A stretch of DNA of 64,000 bases. It comes from Heptranchias perlo (taxonomy: Eukaryota). Position numbers and translations under genes: made by a program. The notes beneath the pieces were generated by a model. That model was not told where the DNA came from. It saw only the letters and a program-made list of their open reading frames with translations, and did no database searches. The stretch is taken from NCBI RefSeq assembly GCF_035084215.1, contig NC_090360.1, forward strand, positions 5,580,001 through 5,644,000, in the 5' to 3' direction. Positions 33,945-47,600 of this stretch are shown here, piece by piece; the first letter of the stretch is position 1, and each line of letters starts with the position of its first letter.

Positions 33945-35553
33945 CTGGCAGGTACAAACATAACGGTACAAGTCAGAATTAGACTGGTAGAATTCTTATC
34001 AGGCTGTTGCTCTGATGTTCTTAAAACCCATTATGGTACATTACCTGAGATCTTTTACTCATTAAGTGTTCAAACAGGACTAGGTTATCCTTACACAATT
34101 TACTGCTGTAAATATTTATGTAAAATTCAAAAGAAAGAGTTAAATGGGAGTAAGAGTAAAAATGTTATACCCATATTTAATACTTACAATAATGCAGTAT
34201 ATTTGCAGCATAAAGATATAATTGATTTATGAATTTAGATTACTAAGCACAGAGATTAAAGAGCTAGTTCAATCCAGAGGAAAATAGTCAAGTTCACACA
34301 TACCAATTCAGTTCCGCGAAAGCACTGGGTGGCTTTTCATTAATTTTGCAATTTGGTAATCATTACCCATTACAGAAGTCCACAATTTAGCTTTTATTTT
34401 GCACACAAGTATCATTTATACCTACAAAATGGTCTTAATCAAGGGGAATTATGCTCCACGGACAGCGAACAATTCAACACGCATCAGGGTATTAAGTTAT
34501 CTTAGGTTACCAGGAGTGGCCATAAGTCATAAGCTGAATGGAATGAACTACGGTACGAGTCCTCTTCTCTCTCTTTCCCCCCCACCCTCAAATAATGAAA
34601 CTTACTCCTTGGGAAATGCAGTCAAGGGCAGACCTATTTAACCAATGTTTAGTACAATGCAATTATTTTAATACTACAAGTCCAACATTTCACAACTGAA
34701 ATGTGTCCATTTTATCTTGCATAAATTGAAATTAATCTTGAAGGGATAAAAAAAAACAGGCTTTAAACAGTCTGTATAACCATGCAATTCTTCTGCCATC
34801 TAAAATTTTAGACAGTGCAGATTTCACAATATGCAATGGCTTCTCAGATTTATTAGCTGTCTTATTAGATTAGGGATCAACTCTTCTACTTGGCTGGGGT
34901 CCGTTCGAAACATTCCTCCATTGCCCAAGTGAATTTAGAAACTTCACTTTTTCCGTCAGAATGGTCAGTGAAATTAGGAGATTCAGATAGCAGTTTAACA
35001 GGATTCTGTCATATGCAAAAAAAAAGTGCATATCACAATTCAACATTAATACAAAAAGTTAGATTTAGGTTTTAGCAAACCTTACTGCACGACAAAAAGA
35101 AATTGTTGCCATAACGTATGAAAACCTACAATAAAGACCTTCCTAGTCATCCCACCCAACTGATCGAGGAGATCATTTTGCATGGCATCAAGGTAGCACA
35201 TATAAAACATGCTTTTAAAGACTACAGAACTAATTAAATTTAGTAAAAAAAAACACTTTAGAAGCTACCCTCCACCAATAGCTTAAAAATAGTATCCAAA
35301 ACAGATCCAATGATGCACCTACAGGTCAGTGGGACGGTGAAGGATTCAGATAAACTTGGTCAGGGGTTATTTTTAAAAAAATAAAATTTTAGGTATCTGC
35401 AAAAGAGCTAATGCAGGGGCAATTTTATTAACCATTTTGAAACCAAAAAACATTGATCTAGCTTTTTAATTACAAATGTGCACATTTTCCTCAAATACCT
35501 GTGAAACATAGGCTTTACCTTGTTCATGGAGAGCTTCGGAACAGCCAAGTCAT

Positions 35554-35630
35554 CTAATAAGGCCTATACTGAGTTTGGCCACTTCCTCCTCCTCCTCTCC
35601 TAGGAGCTTTACCATAGCTGCCTGGTTGAC
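35554..35630 (-). CDS. hnRNP D/AB-like exon 7 coding part ([25 protein letters not shown])
   Basis: ttactttcag acceptor; TAG 35556-35554; exon continues to donor AAG/gtaaag at 35519. Confidence 0.92.
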
Positions 35631-38600
35631 CTGAAAGTAAAATTAGTTGAAGAAAAGGATTTGTCAACTCTCAAGCTGTTGACTACCTTTTGAACTAAAC
35701 TTCTGTTCATCCAACACATTTGACCCTTTGTCAGAAGTGTCAGTTTGGCTCAGCTGGTAGCACTCTCACCTCTTCAGTCAGGAGGCAGTGGGTTCTAAGC
35801 CCCATCTCGGACTTGAACACAAAGTCTAGGTTGATGCTTACACAGATTTCTGCCGTGTCAGAGGTGCCAACTTTCAACTGAGATGCTAAACGGAGGTGAG
35901 GTCTGGTCTGCCTACTCTGATGGATATAGAAGATCCCATGGCACTATTCAGAGGAGCAGGGAGCTCTGGGCAACGTTCATCCCTCAACCAGCACCAAAAA
36001 TAGAATGGCCATTTATCGCATATGTACGACCTTGCTGTGTGCAAATTGGCTGTCATGTGTGCCTACATTTCAAAAAGTAATTAGAAGGCTGTGAAGTGCT
36101 TTGGGACATCCTGAGGATGTGAAATGTTATAATTGCAAATCCGGTCTTTGTAATCCTTCTGGTTAAGATGCATGAAGTCGCAACTTTATCTGGGGCAGTA
36201 AGATAATTTTTGAAAATACAGACCAACTTCCAGTTCATTATTCCATTAACCTTTAGACTAAATAGAGGAACCTGCTCCTTGAGATCACACAGATTTATGG
36301 ATCAAATCCTGCTTGCCAAACCCCTATTTAGATTAAGCCTGCATACATTCCATCAGCTGTGCTGATCGGCTTATGCGGGGGAGGAAGAATCCTGTGTTTT
36401 AAATGTTAAAAATATGCCTAAAAGTTTAGTTCAAATGCAGATTGTTTGCCCGTTTACAGCAGTGCTCAATGCCACTTTGAACAGTGCTGACAGCAGGCAT
36501 GTCCATTACATTTGAATTTAGCTTTTAGATATTCTTCCAACCAACGTTCTCTATGGTCTGTTATGTTGAACGCAATGCTGGCAGTTTGAGCAGCACTGCA
36601 GCTGTTGACCAGCTGTGTGAATCTCTGCTGCACTGCTCTGCCAGGACACGATACAAAACACCTTCCCATGATCCACTGCATTTAAATAAACACCCCTGAA
36701 AGTTAAACAGATGCCTAAAATTAAACTTTAACAGGGGTGCCTTATTTCAGCCCTGCTCAGCGACCAACTTTGGGTGAGTGATCAGATCACTAACTGGATT
36801 CCACTGTGGTACACATTTGGTGCAGTCCTGTTAAGACCTGCTATCTTGAAAGATCAGGCTCCCTTTTCTTAAAGGTTGGGAGGGGGGTTGAGGAAGAGGA
36901 TTATTAAGTAGAGATCAGTCTGGGAAATTCGGGCAAGCGTTTAAACTATTTTGTTGCGTGAAAGGGCTCTTTCACAAGGTAGGGTGAGTTGATTTTTGGA
37001 ATACTATAAACTTTCTGGGGCAAGTTAGATACTAGGAACAAAAGTTAAGAACGCATGGGAAGATCAAACTCATAGTTGAAGGGAGGACAATTTCTTTCTC
37101 CGGTCTCCCGAAGGCATCAACTCCTTGCTGGTTATGGGTTCCACGGGAACCAGTGTACCTCCGCTACCGCGGCCAAGTGATCATTCTTCACGCGTGAGCT
37201 GAGTCTCATTAGGCTATTTGAATGCACGTGGCATTGCAGCCAAGCCCGATCCTGTTCTCATCCGATGTCTACAGGCACTTGTCCAGAAGGGGCTGCTGGA
37301 TATCAAAGCAGGAGTGGAAACCCTGGCAATATCCCCTCCCTGACACAGCGGCGTTGAGACCAATTCCAGTAGGTGTCAGCTGTGGCTCAGTGGGTAGCAC
37401 TCTCGCCCGAGTCAGAAGGTTGTGGGTTCAAGTCCCACTCCAGGGACTTGAGCACATAATCCAGGCTGACAGTCCAGTGCAGTACCGAGGGAGCGCTGCA
37501 CTGTCGGAGATGCCGTCTTTCAGATGAGATGTTAAACCGAGGCCCATTCTGCTTGCTCAGGTAAAAGATCCCATGGCACTATTCGAAGAAGTGTAGGGGT
37601 GTTCTCCCCGGTGTCCTGGCCAATATTTATCCCTCAATCAACATCTCAAACAGATGATCTGGTCATTTATCTCATTGCTGTTTGTGGGACCTTGCTGTGC
37701 ACAAATTGGCTGCCGTGTTTCTTGCATTACAACGACTACACTTCAAAAAGTACTTCATTGGCTGTAAAGCGCTTTGGGACGTCCTGAGATCGTGAAAGGT
37801 GCTATAGAAATGCAAGTCTTTCTTTTATACCTACCACTGTCCAACCGGAGATGAACTAACACCACAGTCTGGCAATCCAACAGCCTTCCTAGTGTATATG
37901 GTTCAGTTACTGACAACCAGGTGAGCCATCAGGAGGTCCAGGCAACAAAGTTTTGGGTGAAACTACATTCTTTTTAGGAGGCATTTCCACCATCTTCCCT
38001 TTTCAGGTTTCTCTGAGCCATGTACTTACTGTGGGTAGGTATGTGACCCACCATCAGAGGCTGAAGTCTGCCAATGTCACTCAAACCACTTGCCAGAGAG
38101 ACTAAATAAGTCGCTCTCCAATTCGCCTCTCCCTTGTTGACAGATACCTCTCCACTACAGATTAGCTGAGAGCAGCAACTCAGCAGATTGACAGACCAAG
38201 GAACTACTTACTGGATTTTTCAAGTAAACCAATGAGAAGTGACTCCTGGTCTATGAAACTTACTGTTATAATCACCATATCCCTGTCCATAACCATAATA
38301 GCCATAGTTGTATGCTGGGTAGTCATAACCACTATATCCACCATAACTCTGGTTATAGCCATAGTTATAATTTCCATAACTTGGGTTCCAATAGTTACTG
38401 TTGTAGCTTTGGCTCCAGGTCTGGTTTTGTCCTAGAAAGGGCAAATGAAAAAAAAGTTAGCAATTGAATCCAGATAGCAAAATTGGTTAATAGCTATAGC
38501 TTCTGACAAGTTAAATTTTTCCTTTAATATGAAAAACAAAATGGAAGAAACCAGGTCAAAGTAGATCTCCATGGACCTGCAGGGAGACCGGTACAAATTT

Positions 38601-41600
38601 TCATGTAGCGCAGGACACATTCCTTCCACCTCATACTCTCAACTATAGGTGTGGGTTAGATGGATGACTAGGGAAGAACTACCAAGGCAAAGAGCAGAGG
38701 GGGGAGGAAAGAAAGCACCAGCTTGGCTGAGTCAGCAGTATTCTCATCTCAGTCAGAAGACCGAGGATGTGAGCCATACTCCAGAACTTCAGTAAATAGT
38801 CTAAGCTGAAATTCCAGTGCAGTACTGTGGTAGTGCTACATTGTCAGAGGTCTCATCTTTCAGATGAAAACCTTGTCTACCTGTTCAGGGTGAAAGATCC
38901 TATAACATTATTGATGAGCAGGGAGTTTTCCCATGTCCTGGCCAACATTCCTCTCAATCACCCCCAAAAACAGATGAACTGTTCCATTCATCCAATAGTT
39001 GTGTGTGGGATCATCTTGTGAAGAAAACCCTTGCCTGAATGAGTGACCACACTTCCCGTTAATTGCAGGCGAGAGAATTTGGGACTGCCTGAAGACATGA
39101 TAAAGTGCTATTTAAATGCAAGCACTTTCTTTCTCTAAGCACCCCCATCAGCAGCCCTCTTTGCCCAAGTGGCTGTAGTTCATGGGACAGAGTACGAGCA
39201 GGCATTCTGACTTAGGAGCAGGACGGCAGCCATGCCCACTGCCCCAGCCGAGATCAGTAGGTTCAGCAGAGAGCAAGAATCAAAACTGAGGGCAATTTGT
39301 GCTCCATTTCATCTGTCAAGCCAGAGACTAATGGGCAAACTAGGCCGCTATAACGTGGAAAATATTAGATTGACACAGTTGAGACAGAGAGATGGGGCCT
39401 GAAGAATGAGGCTAGAGATAAGAACAAGGCATCTTACGTAACTTTTACTACACCAGCTAGGAGTGCTTAATAGTGATATGAGGTGTCCCAAATGGGCAAG
39501 TGGTCCACTTTGGGCCACTTAACATTGCTCACCTTATTGAGCACAAAAATGTTACACAAACTTCATGTACATACAGCATTATAAAACAAACATGTGGGAG
39601 CAATTTCAAGATTGTAGTCTTGTGTTCAGATGACTTTTATAAAAACTTCTCAAGCTTTGATCTTGTTGCTTTGTTTTACCCCTTCTGGTTATTCACTTCC
39701 AGTCATCTCCAGGGATTCACCGATTTCTTTACATTGCTCAATAGGTATTCTGACAAAGTTGAATGGGTGTAGCTGCGGTTATTTATACAAACCTCATGTT
39801 ATAACTACTTTAATTCAAGGACTGTTGATAGCTGTGGTTATGAATTCTATAAATCGCATCTTATAAATGCTATAATTCAAGGATTGTACCTAAATAATAG
39901 GAGCTCTAAGTGATGGCCACTTAGAGATGTAGCGGGTAGCATGAAATAGGAATTTAAAAAGTTTCCCTTTGTGAAGATCGCAATGCTTCACACATTATAC
40001 CTCCTCTACCTCTTCCTCTTCCAGTGAATCCACCTCGGCCTCCCCACTGCTGCTGCTGGTATACTTCCTTAGGCTGGGCCAATTTGATTTCAACCTTTGG
40101 GAAGAAACACACAATGAAATTAATGAACATTTTCTAGAAACTGCAGAAATATGAAAATACATTATATGATCCCATTCAAAGTTCTAGACAATAGTTGGAT
40201 TTCACTTATTCCTAACTTGAGGAATCTATGAGATGTCTGACAAGGCAGTACAGGGTATAAGCACTACAAGCATCTGTTACACAATTGCCAAAAGTGCCAC
40301 ACCTTGCTTGTTCCAACATCGTGGAACTTCTTCTCCATAATTGTCTTCACTGGATTATCCTCCTTGAATGTGATGAAGCAGAACCCTCTTCTCTTGTTGG
40401 TCTTGGTGTCCATAGGGAGTTCAATAGATTCGATCTGTAAAGTAAAACAAACTAATTACTTTGCTCAAATAAAGGTGGGCACTAATTTTTCTAAATTCTT
40501 TGGGAAAAGACTTTGCTGCCCCTTTTAACATAATCCCATTTTGGAGTTGCAGAACTTCCATTGGCAAAGTAGCTCCAAAAACTCTAACCCCCTTAGAAAG
40601 ACCACGACCCATTCAAACTGTACCCAACTGCACTCCTGAACCAACTATCAGGAAATGTGACTCCAAACAACATGCCCTCTGATTTAATTTCCGGTGGAAA
40701 AGAATCTAACCTGTGCTCATGACAGCACTGAAAACACTTGAGGGCCTCCAACCAAACTCAGCATTCAAAAGTAGCTTCAGCATGGACAAATATGGGCATA
40801 TTAGACATTTTAAAAGTTAAGTTAATCCACGCAGCTCCCAGTAAAAAACTCGGTAGCAACAGAGCCCTGGGAAGAGTGCGGGCAGTGATCAGTTGGGGAA
40901 TGGTGGATGCCGTGAAACTCGGGAAAAGAAACTATATTAAAAAACCAAATACATTGAAAATCTTCAGGTACCCCTATTAATTCAAGTTTCCAGACTAGGA
41001 GACCCATTTTTGAATGTTGAATAAATTTACTACTCAAAATCGATCTACATACATATACACATATATATTATGTATCCCACTAATCTTCGATTAAGCCATG
41101 TTCTCACCTCTCCAAAAGTTCCAAAATATTCTCTCACTTTTTCTTCAGGACAGTCAGGGTCCAAACCACCAACAAAGATCTTCTTGATTTGCTCCTTGCC
41201 CTTCATAGCCTGAGCTTTCTTGGGATCAATAACTCTCCCATCAAGTTTGTGTTCTTTATTCAATACCTGAATGTTAAACAAAAGACTTATTTACACTGTT
41301 TTAGTTGAATGGATCATATACTTCAGATAGCAAGCTAATATTTTATTTGAACTAGTGAAAATTAAAATACTAACCTATGAGTGAAGTACTTTTAATTCTA
41401 ACAGCCTTGGGCAGATTAGTAGGTTTTTTTTTAAAAGTACAAAGTACTATAGAAAAAAAAAAGCTAGGAAGCATCAGCCCTATCTCGCCACCATCTCACC
41501 CACAAACACATCACTGCCCTGACAGCAACCTTGTTGAAGACATCTAACTATTGATAACACTATATTCCTCTTCATATTATTGAAGAACTGCAATGTTAAC

Positions 41601-44600
41601 TCATACTCGGTCACTAATTAAATGTACATCATGTGTACTTGCATCCTCTTACAACAGTTAAAGCCCAGCATGCAACAGTCTAGCATCCTTAATATTGAAC
41701 TGTTTCAAACAAATTAAAAACACGCTTCGAATTACTATCAATTTTTTGTTAAAGGAATTCAATGTTATAAATAGGACTGCTATAAAGTAAATTAAGTTTT
41801 GGTACTACTCAAAGCTTCAGCCCCAATTCAAGTTTAACCAAGCTTGGTTTTTCACAGCCAGGTTTACCCTCTCTGGTTCTGAATATTTAGACAACCCAAA
41901 GCTTCAAAGTACAGGACATGGCTGTGACAAGATAGGGTGGACGTTATTTTTTTTAAGCAACTGGGTAAACAGGGTAACGTACTGTAAAAGTTGGCCTCTG
42001 CCAGTGGTATCTCTAAGGTTAGCATATAGTTTCTGAGGGAGGATGGCCAATACACATGACTGACCATCAGCACATTCAATAAGCACCTAAACTGAAAGAT
42101 TTTTTTTAGATCTGTATAGTTACCCAGAAAACCCAGTCAGTTACGTGGTTAGGGTAGTCTGTCTGATTAGTGTGAGGATCACCTAACAAGAACAAGCAAA
42201 TTCAATTCCTCTGATGAACGAACTAAGGTGTTTGATGGGAAAACAGTGATGTCCCAGCATTATCACCTCATCTTACATGGTAGAGGCCCTGTTGAATTCA
42301 GGCAGCGATCTGATCTTCAAGGTCAGCTGTAGCATGAAAGACTTCACACTGCAATAAATTAGTGCCAGTCATTCTGCTCCAGATTCATTTAAACTACAGC
42401 TTGATCATTTGCATCATCCACACACGTCACATTCTGAAGATCTATAAAATATCAAACTTCCTAAAAATGCGTTTTAATCTTTTGAGGATGGATCCCATCT
42501 TTGTTTTAAGCGTTGCAATTTAAGTAACTTGCTGCTTCCGCGTATTACCGATTTGTCCTTCACCCAATCATCTTCAGCTGCTTCAACAATGACCTTCCTT
42601 CCTTTATAAAAGGCAGGAGTGGGGCTGTTTGCTGAAGATTGTTCAGCTCCAGTTACAACTTCTCCAATAATTGAACAGTCTAAGACCAGCCTGCCTCAGG
42701 ACATCCAGGTTTGGGTAACGAGCAACATTCACACCACAAACATGTTAGGCAATGACCATTTCCAATAAGGCCCAACCCGAGCTTCAATGGTTACCCCAAG
42801 CTGTTGATGGTGCCAATGAACAGAAGATTAACTGGACCAGCCATATCAATTCCAGAGCTACAAGAGCAGGGCAGAGGCTGGCAACTCTGCGATGGGGGAC
42901 TCACCACCTGACTCCCAAAAGCCTCTCCACCATCTACAAGGCCCAGGTCAGGAGTGTGATGGAATATGCACTGGTTGTCTGGAAGGGTGCAAGAGGTTTG
43001 ACACCATCCAGGATAGAGCAGTTTGCTTGATCGCCTTCCCTGCTACTAGACACTGTGACTGCAGTATGTACCATCTGCAGGATGCAGTACATCCAATTCT
43101 CCAACATACTTCAACACCACCTCCCAGCCCCACAAACTCCACCACATCCAAATACAAAGCAACCTGATAGACACATGTTGCCATCCCTTCAGCCATGTGT
43201 CAAAATCCTTTGGAATTCCCTGCCTGAAAACCTTGTGGGAGCACCATCACAAGGGCAGTAGCAGTACAAGGCATTGGCACGCAACCCCACATACCTAGGG
43301 TCATTAGGGATGGGCAATAAATGCTACCTTGCCAGCATCATTCATTTCCTGAGAAGTAATAAAAATATTTTAGTTTGGTCGAATGGTGTGGTGTTTCTAA
43401 CCATTTGAAAGGTGTGTAGGCATCCCATATGTTCACCAATGGCCAATATCACAATAAAAAAAAATCTGGGTTAACACTTTAGTGCAGTACTGAATGCTGT
43501 GCTGTCTTTCAGATGAAACATTAAACCGAGGCCCCGTCTGCCATCTCAGGTGGACATAAAAGACCCCATGACACTATTTGAAGGGTAGGGGAGTTAACCC
43601 CGGTGTCCTAGCCAATATTTATCCCTCAACCAACATCACCAAAAACAGATTTGATTATCTCATTACGGTTTGTGGGACCTTACTGTTTGCAAATTGGCTG
43701 CCGCATCTCCTACGTTACAATAGTGACTGCACTTCAAAAGTGCTCTGGGACCTTCTCAGGTCGTGAAAGGCACTATATAAATGCCAAAAAAAAAGGGTAG
43801 CTGCATGTTATCTCAAACACAGTATGTTTAAATGCACAGGAACCTCTGTCAACTTATGAATACCATCTTTTTGCTTTGATCACAAGAGTGTTGGGAAAAG
43901 ACCCAAACTAACAATTATTACAGCACTAATACGGACTTATATTGTAGAAGCAGTTCTGCAATATAATGTTCTGAATTCACCGTTTATACTGTTTTTTCAG
44001 TGGTGGGGGGGGGGGGGGGGGGGAATAGGGGGAGAAATGAGGATGTGGTGGATGGCTTGTGCTGGTAATCTGGACACTACATGATGTGTGCGACTGTTTG
44101 TTACAATACACAAAGTATTACATTCTCAGGTAGAATACAAGTGATTACTTGGCATTGTATTCTAGTGCTTCAGAATACGATGTCCTTCCATCTTATTCAA
44201 CTAATTTATTCCTCATGTTTTACATCACTTCCCCAAGGAAAGGAGCTTGATCAGCAGTACATGGAGGGGAGGGGAGGGTGATGGAAGAGAACAAAATAGC
44301 TGGAGTTCCAATTAAACACGAGGACAGCCTTCATGGCGAGTTGCCAGGTCTTCTGGCAACTACAAAACCAGCATGAAGTTGCCAATGTCAGAGGAAGAGA
44401 GAATTGCTGGGCTCTGGTTATTAAACTTTAAAACCCCACAGTCACATACAAACAGAAAATAAAGATCACATCTGTTTGGACCATTGCAGATATTCTGCAA
44501 GTCAAAATCTTGACAGTAGGAATGAAGAATCCTATAATGCTGTGGCCCAAATGCTTTGTCTTCCTGACTAAATGGCGGTGTAAAGGAAGGAAACTATAAA

Positions 44601-47600
44601 TGAATTTGCTTATATTACTGGGATTACAAGGCAGTACTGTATCGTGGTAGTTCCTATAGGTTTTTGCCACTAGTCACTTCTGCACTGCTTTGAAACTTAG
44701 GGAAGTAAGTCACGCACAATCCCAAGTCTTTTAAGAACAATTAAAATTTATAGCTCTCGGCTAGCATTTCCAGCTTTCTGCAATTGTTTTAAATTCATAT
44801 TCTTATCTTTCCTTCTTTGGTCTCCCACACTACACTCTGGTTAAGTCATCCTGTCCCCAGGCCTTTGCCACTTTGTGGCCATGTGATTTTGGCACTCATA
44901 CTCACCTTCAGTTTTCTCTCCAAGGAAGCACCAAGCCCATTTAGCCCCTCCTTGTACAGCAAAATTGAGATCAGGGAGCTGTGAGCATAAACCCACACCC
45001 AACCATTCCACTTGAGGCGTAGTGGTAGCACTCAACGCCTCTCAAGTCAAAAGGTCAAGTTCAAGCCCCAATTCAGGACCTGAACACATTCTAGGCCAAC
45101 ACTACAGTTATGAGGCATTGCCTTCTTTGAACTTGCCGTTCAGCTAAACGTAAAATTCCATTTCCCCCTCAACTAACACCAAACACAGATCAACTGGCCA
45201 CTATCTCAATGCACAGGTTGGCTAGTGAGTTTGGCCACATAGCAGTTGCATTTCAAAAACAACCCAGTGAAATATAACAAAGGCAATCCTATGAGGGCTT
45301 GACAGAGTAGATGCTGAGAGAATGTTTCCCCTGGCTGGAGAGTCTAGAACATGGGGACATTGTCTCAGGACGAGGGGTCAGACATTTAGGACTGAGACGA
45401 GGAGGAATTTCTTCACTCAAAAGGGTCGTGAATCTTTGGAACTCTCTACCCCAGGGGCTGTGGATGCTCAGTCATTGAGTATATTCAAGACTGAGATCAA
45501 TAGATTTTTGGACACTAAGGGAATCAGATGGGAAATTGGAGTTGAGGTCGAAGATTAGCCATGATCTTATTGAATAGTGGAGCAGGCTCGAGGAGCCGTA
45601 TGGCCTACTCCTGTTCCTATCTCTTATGGCTGATAAAACGCCTCAAGATATATTGGCCTTTGAGGGGGTACAGCGCAGATTACCCAGAATTTTATTGGAC
45701 TTGAAAGGGGATAAATTGTAAGGGCAGACTGCATAAACCTGGTTTGAACTAGAGTTTAGAAGGATGAGAGGTAATCTAATCGATGTGTTTAAAATAATAA
45801 AGGGATTCAAAATGGTAGATACTGGGAAACTATTTTCTCTGGTGGGGGAATCCAGAACAAGGGGCATAATCTTAAAATTAGTGCTAAGATGGTTAGGAAT
45901 GAAATCAGCAAACATTTTTTCACACAAAGGGTAGTGGACATCTGGAACTCTCTCCAACAAGCCGTGGATGTTAGGTCAATTGAAATTTTCAAGACAGATA
46001 CATGGCAGTAAAATCGAAACTATTAAAAATGTCCACGTGTTGGTCAATGCCAGTTATAGCATCAGTATATTGTACCACAGATTGGTAGTATGCAAAGTCA
46101 TAACCACAATTGCACAAAGCTTCAATCCAAGCCTCGTGATTCATGAAGGGACACCTAGCAGCTATTTCCTCCCCATGCAGAATTTAATCTTTAAAAACTA
46201 AGGAGAGAGAGATCTGGTCCCTAATCCAAATAGTTCAGTCAGTACTACCTCTCCCTAAAGCCGTAGAGTTTATGGTACCACCAAACGGGTAGTACTTCTT
46301 TTTCACCCTCACACGCCCTGGGGCTAATGTCCCTACGCAACTTCTAAAAAATCTCAAGCTTAACCGTACAGATTTCCTTCTATGTCACTACCTTAGGGCA
46401 CACGCGCTCTTTAAAACAATCACGTGTACTGGAAAGACAGGCAGAAAAACAAGGAAATAGGTAACTATTTCCCAACATCTATACTCCCATGGAGAAACTC
46501 AATTATGGAGGACAGTCTTTTAAAAAAAATTTAAGAGCTAACTATGGACTTCAGAACCGTATCATTCAATTGCCAGAACAACTCATGCTGACCATGAGGA
46601 TTGTCAACTGTCACTCTACCTAATGTGGCAGCGAGAGCAGCTCGGTGGTGTAAATCCATTAAATTTCCCAGACAGGATTTCCCTCTCTGGTAAAAATGCA
46701 CGAGTGCAATGTCTACCTACTATTTTTTGCAGGACTCTGGGAAATGAGGGGATCTTCAGTGAACACAAGAGAACCTGTTGCTCCATGAAAAGCAGCAAGA
46801 ATGCTGTACCTGCAGTCACTTTGAACAAATTGAGACAACAGGAGTCCAAAGAGAAGCACCTTGTGGGATCTGAGGAATCCCCTAGGTGGTGGACAAATAC
46901 AGCACATGGAAATAAGTGCCCTTGAGATCCCTCTCAGCTGGTCAGTCTCCTAGGAATTGTGCTTCGCTCAACAGGTAGCACTCTCATCTTGGGAGTCAAA
47001 TGGTTGTGGGTTCACGCTCCACTCAGGGACTTGAGCACATAACCGAGGACGACACTCCAGTGCAGCATCAAGGAAGTGCTGCATTGTTAGAGGTGCCATT
47101 CTTCAGATGAGACATTCTCAAACCGCCTGCATGGATAGACACTGAAGATCTGGCGCTAGCCAAAGAGAAGGGAGTTCTCCTGGTATCGTGGCCAACATTT
47201 CTCCCTCAACCAACAAAATCAGATTACTGGTCATTCATCTCATTGCTGTTTGTTGGACCCTGCCAAGAATGAAATGGCAGCTGCATTTGCTACAAGACAA
47301 TCACTGCACTTCAAAGTAAATATACACAAAGCACTTTGGATGTCCTGAGACATCATAATGCACTATATAAATGCAATTTTATTCTTTATTTCCTGGATGA
47401 TTTGCAGTGAAACACCACCCTACAGGAAGAAGGGAAATCTGATGAACGAGCAGTGTGTGTTACAATCATGCAGCTCAAGTGGCTTTGGTAGAAGCCCAGG
47501 AGCAACTAGTCTGTCCACCATCTTGGGTAAAGAATGGTGTTGGCATCAGTAGACCTGAAAGAGGGGGGAGAAAATAAATTGGAAACCAAAAGCCCTGCTA

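Noticed and set aside
37374-37445. tRNA gene
   Set aside because: tRNA-derived SINE head continuing into a SINE body; many decayed copies
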